Assembly (NCBI RefSeq): GCF_902713615.1
Contig: NC_052154.1
Span: forward strand, 72,225,495-72,289,494
Reading direction: 5' to 3'
Source: Scyliorhinus canicula
Lineage: Eukaryota
Length of the DNA: 64,000 nt
The notes under the pieces are model-generated. The model saw only the letters and a program-made list of their open reading frames with translations, ran no database searches and was not told the DNA's origin. Made by a program: the position numbers and the translations under genes. Of the stretch, positions 36,262-50,087 are shown piece by piece (the first letter of the stretch is position 1; the number at the start of each line of letters is the position of its first letter).

Positions 36262-36900
36262 AATAAGACCATAGGAGCAGAATTAGGCCACTCGGCCCAT
36301 CAAGTCTGCTCCGCCATTCAATTATGGCTGATATTTATCTCGTCCCCATTCTCCTGCCTTCTCCCCATAACCCCGATCGACTTATTAATCAAGAACCTAT
36401 CCATCTCTGTTTTAAAGACACTCGGTGATTTGGCCTCCACAGCCTTCTGTGGCAAAGAGTTTCACCACCCGCTGGCTGAAGAAATTTCTCCTCATCTCTG
36501 TTTTAAAGGATCGTCACTTTAGTCTGAGATTGTACCCTCTGCTTCTAGTTTTTCCCACAAGTGGAAACATCCTCTCCATATCCACTCTATCCAAGTCTCG
36601 CAGTAGTATCCTGTAAGTTTCAATAAGATCCCCCCCATAGCCTTCTAAACTCCAACGAATACAGACCCAGAGTATTCAAATGTTCCTCATGCAACAAGCT
36701 CTTCATTCCAGGGATCATTCTTGTGCACTTCCTCTGGACCCTTTCGAGGGCCCCAAAATTGTTCACAATACTCCAAATGGGGTCCTCCCAGAGCCTTATA
36801 CAGCCTCAGAAGTATATCCTTGGTCTTATTTCTAGCCCTCTCGACATGAATGCTAACATTGCATTTGCTTTTCTAACTGCTGACTGAACCTGCACATTAA
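36262..36900 (-). mobile_element. CR1-type LINE 3' end (older CR1 pieces also at ~34250-34530 and 35200-35790)
   Basis: taagaccataggagcagaattaggccactcggcccatc tail; QSAVRKANAMLAFMSRGLE. Confidence 0.85.
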
Positions 36901-38767
36901 TCTTAATAGATTCCAACAATTTCCCAACACCTAATTTGCTTGTAGTTCCCCTTTTTCTCTCCCTCCTTTCTTGAATAGCAGATGTACATTTGCTAATTAC
37001 CAAACTACTGGGACAATTCTGAAATCAAGGGAATTTTGGAAAATCAACTGCATCCACTATATCTCTAGGAACCCTAGGATTCAGGCCATGAGGTCCTGGG
37101 GATAAGTCCCATTTTAGTTGCTTAAGTTTTTAAGTATGTAGATAGATTGACAAAGCGAGCGAGCAAGAGCACACTCTGGAAGGATATAGAAATAAAATTA
37201 AATGCAAAAGATTTAGGGCAGCAAGCACAGGAAACTTGAAAATAAAAAGTCAAGATAAGCACAGATCATATCAATGTTTAACAACAGGATAAGTAGGTAC
37301 TGTAGTTAAAGAAAGAGATAAAAGGTATATAGAAACAGGGTGGACAAGTGGAATTCGGATTATTGCTCATGCAGAGAATTGTCAATATGGACTGTTTGAA
37401 CCAACAAGGCTGGTTCATATTGTAATTTCTGAATGAAGTATGGATTTTATGTTTCACTGACCTACTTTATCCCCAACCTACATATACACAATTACTGATC
37501 AGCCTTTCATTGTTCTCAGCTCGGGTGTATATTTCCACAAGTCTTACGGCTCACTCTTGCCATTCTTTGCCCACCACTGTTTTCTGTATTCTTTTTGTCT
37601 GTTTAGAAGATTAAGTTCCAATTTCCATTATACAACTCTGAAATACTAGCTGAAGCAAAATAATTTTCTTTTAATGGTGAATCTGTAGAAAGCATGCAAC
37701 GAACATAGCCACTACCTCCACAAGGGCAGCTGGTGCTTAGGAACAACATCACTTACATGTTTCCTTTGTGCGCTACACAGAATTCCAATTTGTGAGGTAA
37801 TATCATGATTACTTTTCAGTCATTTGAAATCCAAGATTCGCCATCAAACAGAACTCTCAGAGCATTTTCACCACATGTAAAATGCTGCTTTGCTCCCATT
37901 TGTTGACCTCTCTACATCCTCCTAAACACTGTGCAGGTGGTTTATGACTGGCAAGGCATTGGACTGTTTATTGTATTGGTCTGACAGGTTGAGGAGAGCG
38001 TGGAGAGACAACTTACATAATTTGTTATCTTTTACGTCTACAATCCAACAAAGGACTGAATCACTATTGTCCCACTCAAAGCACACTTTAAAACAAGCCA
38101 TACCTTGATCCTCTCCATTCAAACTGCTAGAGCAGCTGAAATGTGGGAGGATGATAATGAAAAGGTAGAAGTCTGTTAAGCAAATCTACACGGGGAGTGC
38201 AGTTTACACTCAGTTTTAGGTGAGAGGTAACAAGATTTCTTAACCTTTAAGCAGTTAAATGAAACAACTAAAAAAGGAAATGGTAAAAGATTGGCAGAGA
38301 AAGCATCTTCAATATGATATCCACTGGAGTCGTCTACGATAAGCATAAACTGAGGGCTCATTTCAAGTTCAATTTTATAATGAAATTAACCAATTGGACT
38401 AGGAAGGAAGGCAGTTTATAATAACAGGTTTATAATGCATGCACTTTTCATCCCTGTTTGCCAGTTTATCAAAACCAATGATTACTTTTCATTTCAGATA
38501 GCAGCAAAGTGCTTGAAATACTCAGCAGGTCTGGCAGTATCTGTGGAGATAGAAACAAGAGTTAACGTTGAATCGAGTATAACTCTTCCTCAGACTGCTA
38601 CAAACTCACCACATCATGTGTGGCAGATTATATTGCTGGAAGTATTTCTGCAGATCAAGCAGACTGCCAATAGCTCTGAATTCACAGTCATATTTTGCAG
38701 CTACTATCTTGCATCAAGTCTAGTGGATAGACTGAAACAAACAGATGAAATTCTAGAAATACTCAGG

Positions 38768-39080
38768 TATAGAATTCCTACAGTGGAGAAGGCGGCAATT
38801 CGGCCCATCAGGTCTGCTCCAACCCTCTGAAAGAGCACGCTACCTCGGCCCACTGCCCTGTCTTATCCCTGTAACCCAATCCAACATGCACATCTTTGGA
38901 CACGAATAGCCAATTTAACAGGGCCAATCCACTTAACCTGCACACCTTTGAACTGTGAAGGAAAACGGAGCACCTGGAGGAAACACGGGGAGAAAGTGCC
39001 AACTCCACACAGTCCCCAAAGGCCGGAATTGAACCAGGTCCCTGGAGCGGTGAGGCAGCACTGCTAACCAATTCGCCGAG
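38768..39080 (-). mobile_element. V-type SINE, long form, diverged
   Basis: Reverse copy with CR1-like tail. Confidence 0.8.
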
Positions 39081-40848
39081 AGTCAAGTTTCATGTCAATA
39101 GCCTTCCTTTAGAAGTAACTCACCCGAGTGTCTCCAAGACCGTTCACTATTATTTATTCATTCTTTCTCTCACCCTGAAGAAATAACCCTTCTAGCCCCA
39201 AGGTCAGCAACCACATTTTAAGAGCGGTCTCCACCATTTAGCAGTCACTATTTTGCACCAGTTCCCGGCCACGACGCGATCATGTCCCAATGGCACAGGC
39301 AAAGCTCACATGAATAGTGCAGCAGAGTTTTAAATTATGATCCCAAGTTAAAAAACATCCCATTTTACTTATATGATGGCTAATAGCAGCAGTCAATTTG
39401 TTTTTTTCATAGGGAAGATTTGTGAAAGTATAAAATTGGCCATGTGCCAGATTTTCTCATTGTCCACTCTTTGAACATCCTACTCATTGCTTTCTCCTTT
39501 AATAGTTCTGTACTCCGATACACAATAATCATCTCAAATGGTTCTTCAGTATGATGCCCAAGTATCAACCTTGCCGATCAACATAGGGAAAAGGAACTCC
39601 AACCCTCCTCCCAGAGCATTGTGACATGAAGCAGGATGCTGGAGGCCAAGCGGTGATATTAAACTCTGATTACTCAATTAAATTTCCAGAGATAGACAAT
39701 TCAATTTTCAAGCATAATTTCCATCAATTTCCCCCACCCACTTTTTGTGGGAGTGGTTCAGAGAAGAGACACCATTCAGTCCACAACTGGAGATTAAAGC
39801 AGAACAAATTAATCTTCAAGAGGACAATTTTGCCTTTCAACTTGGAAGTTGAACAAATAGATCTCAAAACTGATGGTAATAAGTTCTCCAATTGTTAATG
39901 TTGTTCCAAACGCCAAATTTATTAAACAGTTAAATGTAAATGAATTGCAGTCTGACAACTCGGTGCTTGATAGATTAATTAGTTTTATAGTCACAAGTCA
40001 GCAATCTGCAACAAAACTCTTGGTCGCCTCAATTTAGGTCATTTTATAAACTAGAAATTTATTAACACTTAAGTCAATCATAAAAAGCAATTTGATACAA
40101 TGCTGCAGATATAAATTCATTAACATTACACAAGATTCTACATTTGGAATTACTGGAGCAATGCTGTACATGGGGTACATTCCACTCTGCCATTTCAATG
40201 TAGTTTCACAGAACCCCAACAATAGCATCGCATTCAAGTGAGACAATTTTACCGTATCCCTCAGTTACTGAGTTCATAATTGCATGTAAAAAAAATGCTC
40301 ACACATATCCACAATGTCTAGTACACATTTCAGTAATGCCCAATTGCACCTCTACATTTTCGATTCTGTTTTACATGACATTTTACATGTGAGGAACAAT
40401 TTTATTCCCAAGGTCAGAATGGAGATAAGAAACAGCGTTATCTAAAAGGAAGAGATGAATTGGATTTACTAATCTGTCAGTTTAGCTTTTCCCTTCAAGA
40501 AAACTAGCAATTAAGTTGTGTTTCATATTTCAGTTTAGTCAGTGATGGTGATCAAACTACAGCTTAATGTTACAGCAAGCAATTAACAGCAGGCACTGGT
40601 CCACCATAGCTGACACCTATTTTGCAAAGGAAATTAGGTAACTGCCAGACCCAGGGGCCTGATTAGAGTTTGAAGAGATCATTTAGTTTTTATTACTTTA
40701 TCATTTATATGTACCAATGGTTCTAAGAATTAACACAAGAACCTAAAGTCTCTAAACTAAAAACCACTAGTGCACAAAAATGTACACAATGAATCGATGT
40801 ATAGGCGCAGTATAAAAGCAATGCCTTATATACTTCAAAGCTTTGGCC

Positions 40849-40882
40849 TATATATATATATACATATATATATATGTATATG
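40849..40882. repeat. Imperfect (TA)n microsatellite
   Basis: tatatatatatatacatatatatatatgtatatg. Confidence 0.9.
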
Positions 40883-41085
40883 TAAAAACTCCTATTGCAT
40901 TTTGATCGACAGGCATATCCCAGCAATTGTGGCAACTGACCAAGGTTATTCACAAGCTGGGTAAGGCTCACAAACAGTTACATCATTTTGCATTTCGGGA
41001 TCAGTTCAAAAAACCTGTGACATTATTAGAATGCTAGTCAGAAGGAATTAAAGCAAACATATTGCTTGGGAAGAGAAGTTGGACC

Positions 41086-41136
41086 AAAAAAAAAAGAACT
41101 ACTTTCAAAATATACAGACCTTTATTTACATTTACA
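41086..41136 (-). terminator. Polyadenylation signal of FA2H
   Basis: Minus strand reads TGTAAATGTAAATAAA (AATAAA at 41121-41126, two upstream UGUA) followed ~25 nt later by a T-run downstream element. Confidence 0.65.
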
Positions 41137-42653
41137 TTTCACCTTATATAGACTCTTAAGCATTCACAAATGCATCAATATTCGCAGTAAAACAGTAAAA
41201 ATGAAATTTCTTCAACTGCATAGTTAAGCCAGCATTCTGTCCCAGAAAGTAATGGAACTAGTCAGCCCAAGGTTACATTCAAAATATAGTCAGTGCCCAA
41301 AGCATACAAGATTCTAATGATATGAGGAACAAGTTTCATTAAAGCCTGAGCTTGGGGCTGGGGGTCTGTGCAACAACATCCCGCACCAAAAACTGTACAA
41401 TTTTTTTCATGCGCAACAGTAACAGACTAGAAACTATACAGATTATGCTTCCAACACCCTCCACTTTCCCCTCCGACCTCCATTTGCTAAAAGTTTTCCA
41501 TATTTTCTTCTGCTGTTGGGAACTTCCAACTGCATACATTGGTCTGTACTGTTCTGCAAATTGACTGGTAAAACTATCAACCTTTTAAAGTGCAACACAA
41601 GCCCCTTAACTCATGGACAAGCAGATACAAAAATCACAACACCCACTCTTCCAAAACGTTTCTTTCAATTTTTGTTTAAGGTTTTGTTAACAAGAAAATT
41701 TATATTTAATTCCCTTCAAAAGCTGGAGAAAGGTGCAAGTTTTCTTTACAGCCCATATTTATGTTAAAATACTGGTGAATGTAAAGCAGCTGCTTTCTCA
41801 ACAAGCATGACGGGGTACGCAAGTGTGACATTTAAAGATAAGAATTCAATGCACAGCAATTGGCAGATGTACACTAGATGCTGGAAGAATTTGATGATTA
41901 AAATAAAAAAAAAAGACTGCAAGTTTGTAGAGCAACATCACATTATAACCCAAAATTCCAAGGATCTACAGAGCTGCAGCACATTTGAATACCAAGGAAT
42001 AGCATGACACTAATATTAAAAAATATCCCAAAATTTACCTAACATTAAGGAAAAGGTTTTTGTGCAGACAAAGCTTTAACTGGAGAGCGGAAAGTACAGG
42101 TTTTGTCTGATAAATTAAAGTAGTAAAATATAAAGACAAGAGTCAAAATTTCAGAATGAGAGTTTCATTGTTCCTCACATTTGCAAATATGGAAATTAAC
42201 AAAACAAGTAAAACCTGAATGATAAATTAAATTGTGCAGCTTGATTTCCCTTTTCCAAATATTCTTACTTACTAACCATGAACTGCAGAAAATTCAAAAA
42301 CCCAAACTTTAGTGTTAATACTTCCTACAATACATAACCACTTTGATAAGATTTATAGATATCAAGGTCCAAAAAAATATACATTTAACAATTAATAAAT
42401 ATTGATCAACAGACAACAGCTCCCAGAGATCAGGCACTTTTGTTAGAAAATATTGGGGTATTATATTTTGACAATTCAGAAAACAGTTAAGCTTTTTTGC
42501 CTTCTCCAAGTGTAGAAGGAATCCGACATGTAGCTGAAGATGAGAGACTTGGGCCTGGCCATATGTAGGACTGTATCTGGATAGAGATTCTCTTAAGTGG
42601 CTGGCTGATTGACAAGGCATTAATAGTGTGGATTTGGAGACCAATCATAGTCA
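41100..42653 (-). other. FA2H: FA2H 3'UTR to the proximal poly(A) site (may extend to ~39.9 kb)
   Basis: AT-rich stretch after the stop codon with no recognisable repeats, ending at AATAAA followed by a U-rich tract. Confidence 0.6.
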
Positions 42654-42733
42654 TCAGTGACTCTTCTCGAATGTTTCTTCTGGAATTACTGTGTGGAATG
42701 GGTAGTCCCAAAACCGACTCGTAATTCCAAATC
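42654..42733 (-). CDS. FA2H: Fatty acid 2-hydroxylase, last coding exon (7)
   Basis: cccatttag|GA TTT GGA...CAC TGA; 80 nt; (G)FGITSRFWDYPFHTVIPEETFEKSH*; a second in-frame TGA follows. Confidence 0.96.
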
Positions 42734-43496
42734 CTAAATGGGAGCGGGGAAATAAAGACTACAGGTTAGAAGTTGCACTACATTTGATGGATACCAAATT
42801 AAACCTTAATGACAAGGCGCAATGAAGACTGACATAAAGTCTTACTGACTGTAAGGTTCCAGGCTAATTCCCTGGTCTACACTCAGCTTCATCAATTTTA
42901 CCCTTTCCACGGACTTTACAACTAGAGAAAAGCTGGGATTCCTACCCTAGATTACGTTTCCTGTGACCACACCCCCCTCCTCCCAAAATAAAATGTACAC
43001 ATGCCTTTTATAAAATCATAACTCAACCAGGTTTGGCCACGGTGCACACCCCTCTTCCCTGCTTCTGCCCCTCCCCCAACTCAAATAACGTGCAACCATT
43101 CAATGTTCAGGTTGACACATAAGAGAGGGGCCACTTGTAAGCGGCGCTATTTGAAAAACAAATCACTGCGTATGTGCTCAGCATTTGGAAACGCTTCCCA
43201 GATAAACCATCACTCTCCAGGGAATATTAAAGAGCTAAGTGCACAACATGGAGGTGGGCAATCTCCCAGAATCTCCCCTTCCTAATGGAGATGCACCTCA
43301 CCCTAAAAGGATGAGAAGAATTCTACTCAGTGCTTCATGTTCGGATCTATTTTCAGATAGAATGGGCTCTCTACGAAGGAACAAGTGGTTTGTAACCCAA
43401 TGGAGGATTAACAGTTTGAATATTTTACGTACATTTGGACAGAGCCCCTCTTACTTTTAAATTGAGACCAGCAACAGCAGTTCCAAAAGTACAAAT

Positions 43497-44190
43497 GGGC
43501 AGCATTTTCCCCCAGATATTAGCATCACACCTCGGGCGATTCTCCGAAACAGAGACAGAGTGTTCGCGCCATCGTGAACGCCATCGCATTTCACGACGGC
43601 GCAAGCACTACCGATTCTGGCCCCCACAGGGGGCCAGCACAGCATTGGAGCAGTTCATGCCGCTCCAGCCTCCCTTCCCGGCGCCAAATGGGCGCTGCGC
43701 CAACCCTCGCATGTGCAGTTGTGCCGCACAAACCCGCCCATGTGCGGGGGACTTCCTCAGCGCGCCGGGCCCGAACGAACATGGCGTGGGGGTTCAGAGA
43801 CCGGCCATGTAATAAAGTAGGGGTGGGCCAGAGAGGCTGGCCCTAATGTGGGCCAGACCCCATTGGAGGCCGCCCCCCCCCCCCCCCCCCCCCCCCGGTG
43901 AAGGAGCGCCCTTTCCCGCCCCACAGGCCCCCCCCCGACCCTTTGTGCAGAGTTCCCGCCGGCAGCTACCAGGTGTGAACGGCGCCAGTGGGACTCTGCC
44001 GTTTCTTCGCGGCTGCTCGGCCCATTAAGGCTGGAGAATCGGCGGCCCGGCCGCAGACAGCGGCCCGCGATTGGCGCCGTGCCAAACGCGCCGATTCTCC
44101 GCACCTCGGACACCGCGCCGGTGTCAGGGCGGGGTGTGACGCAGTTGAGACAATTCTCCGGCCCGGCACAGGGCTGGGAGAATCGCGCCC
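43497..44190. mobile_element. GC/CpG-rich Harbinger-like MITE in FA2H intron 6
   Basis: GGGCAGCATTTTCC and gggcgattctcc at the left end, GGAGAATCGCGCCC at the right end; 24-nt C run inside. Confidence 0.78.
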
Positions 44191-44440
44191 CATATTACCA
44201 CAGTAGCCCAGAACTGTCAGCATCCGTACCGACAGCAACCTTTGAGGGGTTTTGGATGGGTCAATATTGTCCAGAACATCTTAGAGGAACTTCCAGCTCC
44301 TCAACATACGCTGATGCCATCTTCAATATCTATTTGAACCATCAGAATAAGCCACTGCCTCTTCCGTCCTTCAAGTATTGCATGAAAATGTAAGCCTACT
44401 TGTGACACCAATAAAGATTATTAAAAATGCCTAGTACCTA

Positions 44441-44675
44441 GGGCAGCACGGTGGCGCAGTGGGTTAGCCCTGTTGCCTCATGGCGCCGAGGTCCCAGGTT
44501 CGATCCCGGCTCTGGGTCACTGTCCGTTTGGAGTCTGCACATTCTCCCTGTTTTTGCGTGGGTTTCACCCCCACAACCCAAAGATGTGCAGGGTAGGTGG
44601 ATTGGCCACGCTAAATTGTCTCTTAATTGGAAAAAATGAATTGGGTACTCTAAATTTTTTTTTTTTTTTTTTTAA
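44441..44675 (+). mobile_element. V-type SINE, short form, FA2H intron 6
   Basis: TSD aaaaatgcctagtaccta / aaaaagcctagtaacta. Confidence 0.92.
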
Positions 44676-44870
44676 AAAGCCTAGTAACTAGACATGCACA
44701 GTTTAAAATAAATTTAAGGGTGAATAAACTACTCAGCTTGGGTTTTTCCCTCACAGACAAACACTTAATTAGCTGGCCACAAGTGGTAAAGGAGAATAAA
44801 GTGCGATAAATCGTTAATTCTGCGGTTCCCAACATTAATTACAAACATGTTAAAAAGCAGTTGTATATAC

Positions 44871-45123
44871 CTAATCTTTGGTGTTCAAAATGATGTTTAA
44901 CATGGTATGCTTTAAGTCCATAGAGGTAGCTGCCCTTCTTTGGAGTTCCATAATGTAGATAATAATGTATCATATCATAGACAACATAGCCACATAGACC
45001 TCCAACAAAGATGGACATGCCGACTGCTCCTGGAGCAAGCAAGTGGAAAGCAGCAAGAAATAACACTACAACGAATGATGCTGGAACAGGCGGGAAGACC
45101 AAACGTGATCCATCAAATGGAGA
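44871..45123 (-). CDS. FA2H: Fatty acid 2-hydroxylase, coding exon 6
   Basis: ctctgcag|TCT CCA...TTA G|gtatat; 253 nt; [16 protein letters not shown]...[36 protein letters not shown]; His boxes HYYLH and HVKHH (within ORF 44839..45150). Confidence 0.98.
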
Positions 45124-45517
45124 CTGCAGAGAGGAGAGAGAATATAACATATTTCAGTCTTTACATGACAGGTTTGCTTAGGTGCACAATACTGATGGAA
45201 TACAACCTCCTCTCCTTCAACTTACAGCATTAATTTGTTTGTTTCTAAATTAAGAGTAACAGATCTACTGCACAGATAGTTTTCAGCGTCAAGACCTTGT
45301 AGAACATGCAGGCTCCACATCTTAAAGGCAGGAGGAAGAACTTCCAAGAGTTCAAAACCTGAGTTGTAAGATTTACTTTGTATATAATTGGGGTTTGGGG
45401 GGGGGTGAGGTATAAAAAAGGGAAAGACATTTGCTAAATAGTAAAATATTTGATATATTTTTTTTTCCGTCTTAAAATCACTTGTGCTTAAGATGCTGAT
45501 CCTGTCATACTCTAAAC

Positions 45518-46221
45518 CAGGCATTGCAAAACTCAGGGGCGTGACCTGCGGGCGGGTGTCGGGAGGATCGTGGAGCGGTTTGACGCGGCGCTCCCGATCA
45601 CGCAAATCTGCGCACAACAGCCGCAGCAGCCGGCTGTTTAAAACCCCCAACTTCAAGCGGCCTTCAAAATGGCCGTGAACATGTAAAAAAAAAATGCAGC
45701 CGCACTGCTGCATGCGTGCCAGATCATCGGCGTGCATGTGCAAAATTATGCACATGTGTGCCGACGATTGGGCACGCATGCGCAGTGCGGCCGCATTTTT
45801 AAAAAAAAGTGGTCGCAGCTTTTTGTTTCACAAGTTCAGGGAGGTTTTATTCATTTATTTTATTCATTTCTTTTTACAAGTTCGGGGAGGATGGGGGTTT
45901 ATTGATAAAATTTTACCGGGAAAAAAATTGCAGACCTTTGGACAGATGGAGACTCTATACTTTCCGACACTGGAAGGCTTCACCTTCATCCAACAGTTTC
46001 CATTGGAGGAGCGTGTACGAGGGCCAAAGGGACCCAAAACCATTTCCTCCATTTTTGTCAGCAGTAAACAAGGTAAGAGAAAATGGTGGGTCGCGAAGGT
46101 CGGCCGGCGCAGGTCGTGAAGGTCGGCTGGGTTGGGTCCCGAAGGTCGGCTGGGTTGGGTCCCGAAGGTTGGCCAGTTGGTAAAAATGGGTCCCCGGAAA
46201 AAAAAAGTTTGAAGAGCATTG
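45518..46221. mobile_element. Non-autonomous hAT element in FA2H intron 5
   Basis: Imperfect TIR CAGGCATTGCAAAACT / AGTTTGAAGAGCATTG; 8-bp TSD ctctaaac (45510-45517) / ctccaaac (46222-46229); 23-bp tandem unit gaaggtcggctgggttgggtccc. Confidence 0.8.
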
Positions 46222-49200
46222 CTCCAAACGACAGTTGAGGATGATGGAAATCTTTGGTCAAGTAAGTAAATTAAACTTTCCGTGCATTAAAATAAAAAGT
46301 TCGACAGAAATCCCTTTGCACAATGATACCCTTTTTTAAAAAAAAAAATCTCTGCTCAACCATCTGCAATGTCTAGGCCTGGGCATGACAGGATCAGTGT
46401 CCCATCTGCACAAGTGCTTTCTGTGATGTATTGTATACACTGGTAACAGAGCCTGGTGGAACTTTAAAAGAGTGGAACGCTAATTTAGTGATTTTGGTTT
46501 CCAACTTCCAATGAATTTTAAAAAATATGTAAATAGTAGCAACACTTTTTTTCTGAAATTCTCTCAGTTTTATGCCGTAGTGTTTAGAACAGAAAGTAAT
46601 TTCCCCTTCATTAAGTATTGGGTCCACTTAGTTTTGGACGGTAGGAATCTCTTTGACCAAAAGCCTGTTTTGATATCTCACACAGATCAAGAGAACCTGG
46701 TGATCTTCACCAGTCCCACACTGCAGACACCCTGCCCACAGTCTGTGATCTACAGTGCAAGTTCTGGTTAAACAACAAAGGAATAAGCGTGATAGCATTC
46801 TTAAAACAAGTGCAGGTAGAACCAGAAAGATCTTAGAATTAAAAAAAAGATCCTCCACACAGCTTTGGCACAACATCAAAATATGATCAATACTTGGAGT
46901 GCGTAGGGAAATTGCAGGTTAACCCTGACTGCTAACCTCAAGAATTCAATGTCACAAGGCAGCTATTACAACAGAGCATATAGGAATCGATTTAAGAGGA
47001 ATGATCTTGCATAGTCTTGTGAAACTATGTCATAACTAAGATGTTTATTATTCTGGTGTACATGTAGCAACAGTTTGTCCATATGTTCACCTAAACGTTT
47101 ATCAAATGAAGTGGATAACTGCCATGTTTTAGGTGGGTCTTTATTCCATTAATGAAAATCAAGTCTAAGCACTAAATTGCTGTGGAATCTCAAACACGGT
47201 GGCTTCTTGTATCATCAAAAATATTTTATCCAATAATTTCACATACCCAATAGCAAACCCCTCCAATGATAGTGCTATCAAAAAGAGGTTAGAAGCTCAC
47301 CAACTTGGATGATCTGAAACTAAACTCAAGCACAATGAATGCAATTTTCAATGGGCCTCAGAATCATAACACTGGGGAGTGTGTGATGATGCACCACACG
47401 TGATGGTGCTGGAACTGATTAAGGGACATAAAGTATGACAAAGTGCCTGAAATCCCTATTGGAGACACTGGACTCGAAACACTAACACTGTTTCGCTCTC
47501 CACAGATTCGGCTAGGCCCACTGAGTTTTTATAGCACTCTCGCTCTTTATTTCAGATCTCCAGCACCGCAGTATTTTTGCTTTTGTTACATTAATCTAAC
47601 ACTGTTTAGGGTTTCTCACAATTAAAGATAGTCATTTTAACTTCTGCTAATACAAAGTTTCTCATGGATTTCATATCCATGGATTTCGATTGAAATAGGA
47701 TAGGGTACAAGCGACCATCAGGTCTGAAATCAAGTTGTATACAATCATCAAAAGTTTTAAATTATTCTTAAACATGAGAATGCCAAAAGACAGAAGAATT
47801 CCTTACTAAACTATGGACCCAACACTTTGAGAAGGAAATAGATTGCAGAACACATCCCCAGAGTGAGATCACCCGGACTCTCTCAGGGCTTCAGAATCAT
47901 GAACCAGTTCTTGGTCACTGTTCTCTAGTCACAATGATGTGACGGTCTTCAAAGGATGTGCGAGAGTAATGACAAATTTTAAAAATACAGATGTCAGTTT
48001 TGATCATGATTCCCATCCCAAATAGCTTGATCATTGAAATCCTGGATGCAGGAGATGCCATTTAACACTGATATCAAGGCCAACAGTCGGTATGGAGTGG
48101 AATAAGACTCTCTGTGACAGCACCGAATTAGACAGACAAGGTTCAGAAGAGAACCATTAAACTACTATATTAAGCTCTTAACAACTTTCACAGGACTTCT
48201 ATAATTTCAGAAGTCAATATCCCTGCACGTTCAGTGTTCAGGACTACTTCGGACAGGAGAATAGGATTTGGAGGATGTTGTTCAAAATAAAAGCCCAAAT
48301 ACAATGGTAGAAACCAAAATGGCAATGCAAAGACATTTCTTAAGGGAATTGAAGTTTGCCATTAGTTGCTTAACATTCTTTTATAATCCGCCATTAGACA
48401 AATTTTCAGTGCACATGCCAAAAAGATCTTCGCACCATAAGTTTAAAAAAGTGCACAATACTACAATTAACCTTGCTGCTGCATAAAATGTACATCACAG
48501 GGCTACAATTAAACTTATAAGGAGGGCTGCACTCTTGAAATGCCTCAAATTTCTTCAGATTTGGCAAACCTATCAAAGTGACTCTACACAGAATACTTTA
48601 AAGGCACAGACACAGTTCAGAGCAGGAAGCGCAGAAGCATATTGGCTATTTTGTGAACCTCCACTTACGGGAAAATATTTTGAAAATTGCTTAATTTATG
48701 GCTTCATATAAAACATATTGAATAAAGTGAAGAAACTGTACAATTTAATTTGACACCATTTACAATAGAAAAATTGGGATGTTGCTAGCTATGTGAAACA
48801 TGCATCTGCCTCTGAACTGTCACATGTGGTAGAATTGCTTCTTCCTCTCAAGCTCTAGAATTTTGACAACCAGTTTAAGTGGATGTCGGTGACAGAATAA
48901 AATAGCATAGAAACTGCAGCGATGAACTCATCAGGTCCGTCACCGAGTGATCTGAAAGGCAAACTCCAGTTAGGGATTGTAGCTCGTTAATTATGGAAAA
49001 AAAAACTGCACGGGTTATGGAAAAGAGATGACTCTAGCGCCCTGTAAAAATACCTCATTACAGCAATCTGAACAGATGTCATTAATTGTTTCAACAACAA
49101 AAGAGATGAGATTTGAAAAGCCACTTGTGCTTTTGCCAAGGCAAAAATTTTAAATGCAATGTCAAACTGAAAATTCAAAAACGACTGGATTTAAAAGTAT

Positions 49201-49280
49201 TTGAATAGGAAGTTCATTATGGAAATCAAAGTAGCAGCCCTACTTAGAAAGTCAGATCACATCGGAGTCTATCCAATCAC

Positions 49281-49453
49281 CTTGTGGTGTTGCCCATGAA
49301 GCATGAAGTGAAGAGTGATGAGGTAGTAATTGCTGGCAGGCGGTCTCATATGGAAAAGATATCGATGGATCAGATATTCAACCAGGGACCAAAGAAACAT
49401 TCCAAGCACGAATAAAAAGGGGAAGCAGTACTTGTGGACGGGAATGGAATAGT
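49281..49453 (-). CDS. FA2H: Fatty acid 2-hydroxylase, coding exon 5
   Basis: ctttctgtag|AC TAT...CAC AAG|gtgatt; 173 nt; (D)[57 protein letters not shown]; His boxes HRYLFH and HGQHH. Confidence 0.97.
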
Positions 49454-50087
49454 CTACAGAAAGAGAGAAACTGTTAATGAATCATTGTTCCTCATCCCAC
49501 AGGTTTCAGTCACTGTTGTATCTTGACATATTCAGGATCACTCACATTAAGCAAGACTAGATTACTCTATAAATGACATTCTATTAAAGTTTTGAAATGC
49601 TCAAAGTTCCTGCTCTGCTTCCTTATAGACTTAAGCCGGTAATGAAAAAGTACATGAAAACATTTTTACTTTGCCCTTTTCCTCCTCACTCCCCTCCAAT
49701 GCCAATTCTTGGTCATGATTCTGGTCAGGCTGTTGCCAACACCGTTTGGTAATTGGATAAAATACACAAATAGGCGTGAGACAATCCATTCACATTTCAG
49801 ACCTTCCACCCCCCTTGCTGAGGAATCATTCAATGTCAGTACTCTGTTCGCGAGAACTTGCTGTCCACCATTCTTCAGCACAAATCTCTTGAGCTTCTAA
49901 ACCATGCATTGCTACCTTCCCACAGAAGTGATTTGTAAATGCCCACAGCTTGCCAGATATATTATTTTAGATTCTATGCAACTTCAGAAGGGGCACAGTG
50001 AGAAGATATCAATAGTTGACCAAGCATCATTAAGCAAACTCAATTACACAATTTTGGATACTTGCTATTCCAAAACTGCAAGAATAC

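Noticed and set aside
330-39900. MLKL or RFWD3 exons expected from mammalian synteny
   Set aside because: I recognised no pseudokinase, RING or WD40 peptides by eye; small diverged exons could have been missed.
42645-42656. Stop-codon readthrough motif TGA-CTA in FA2H
   Set aside because: The motif follows the second of two tandem TGAs, and another in-frame TGA comes right after CTA.
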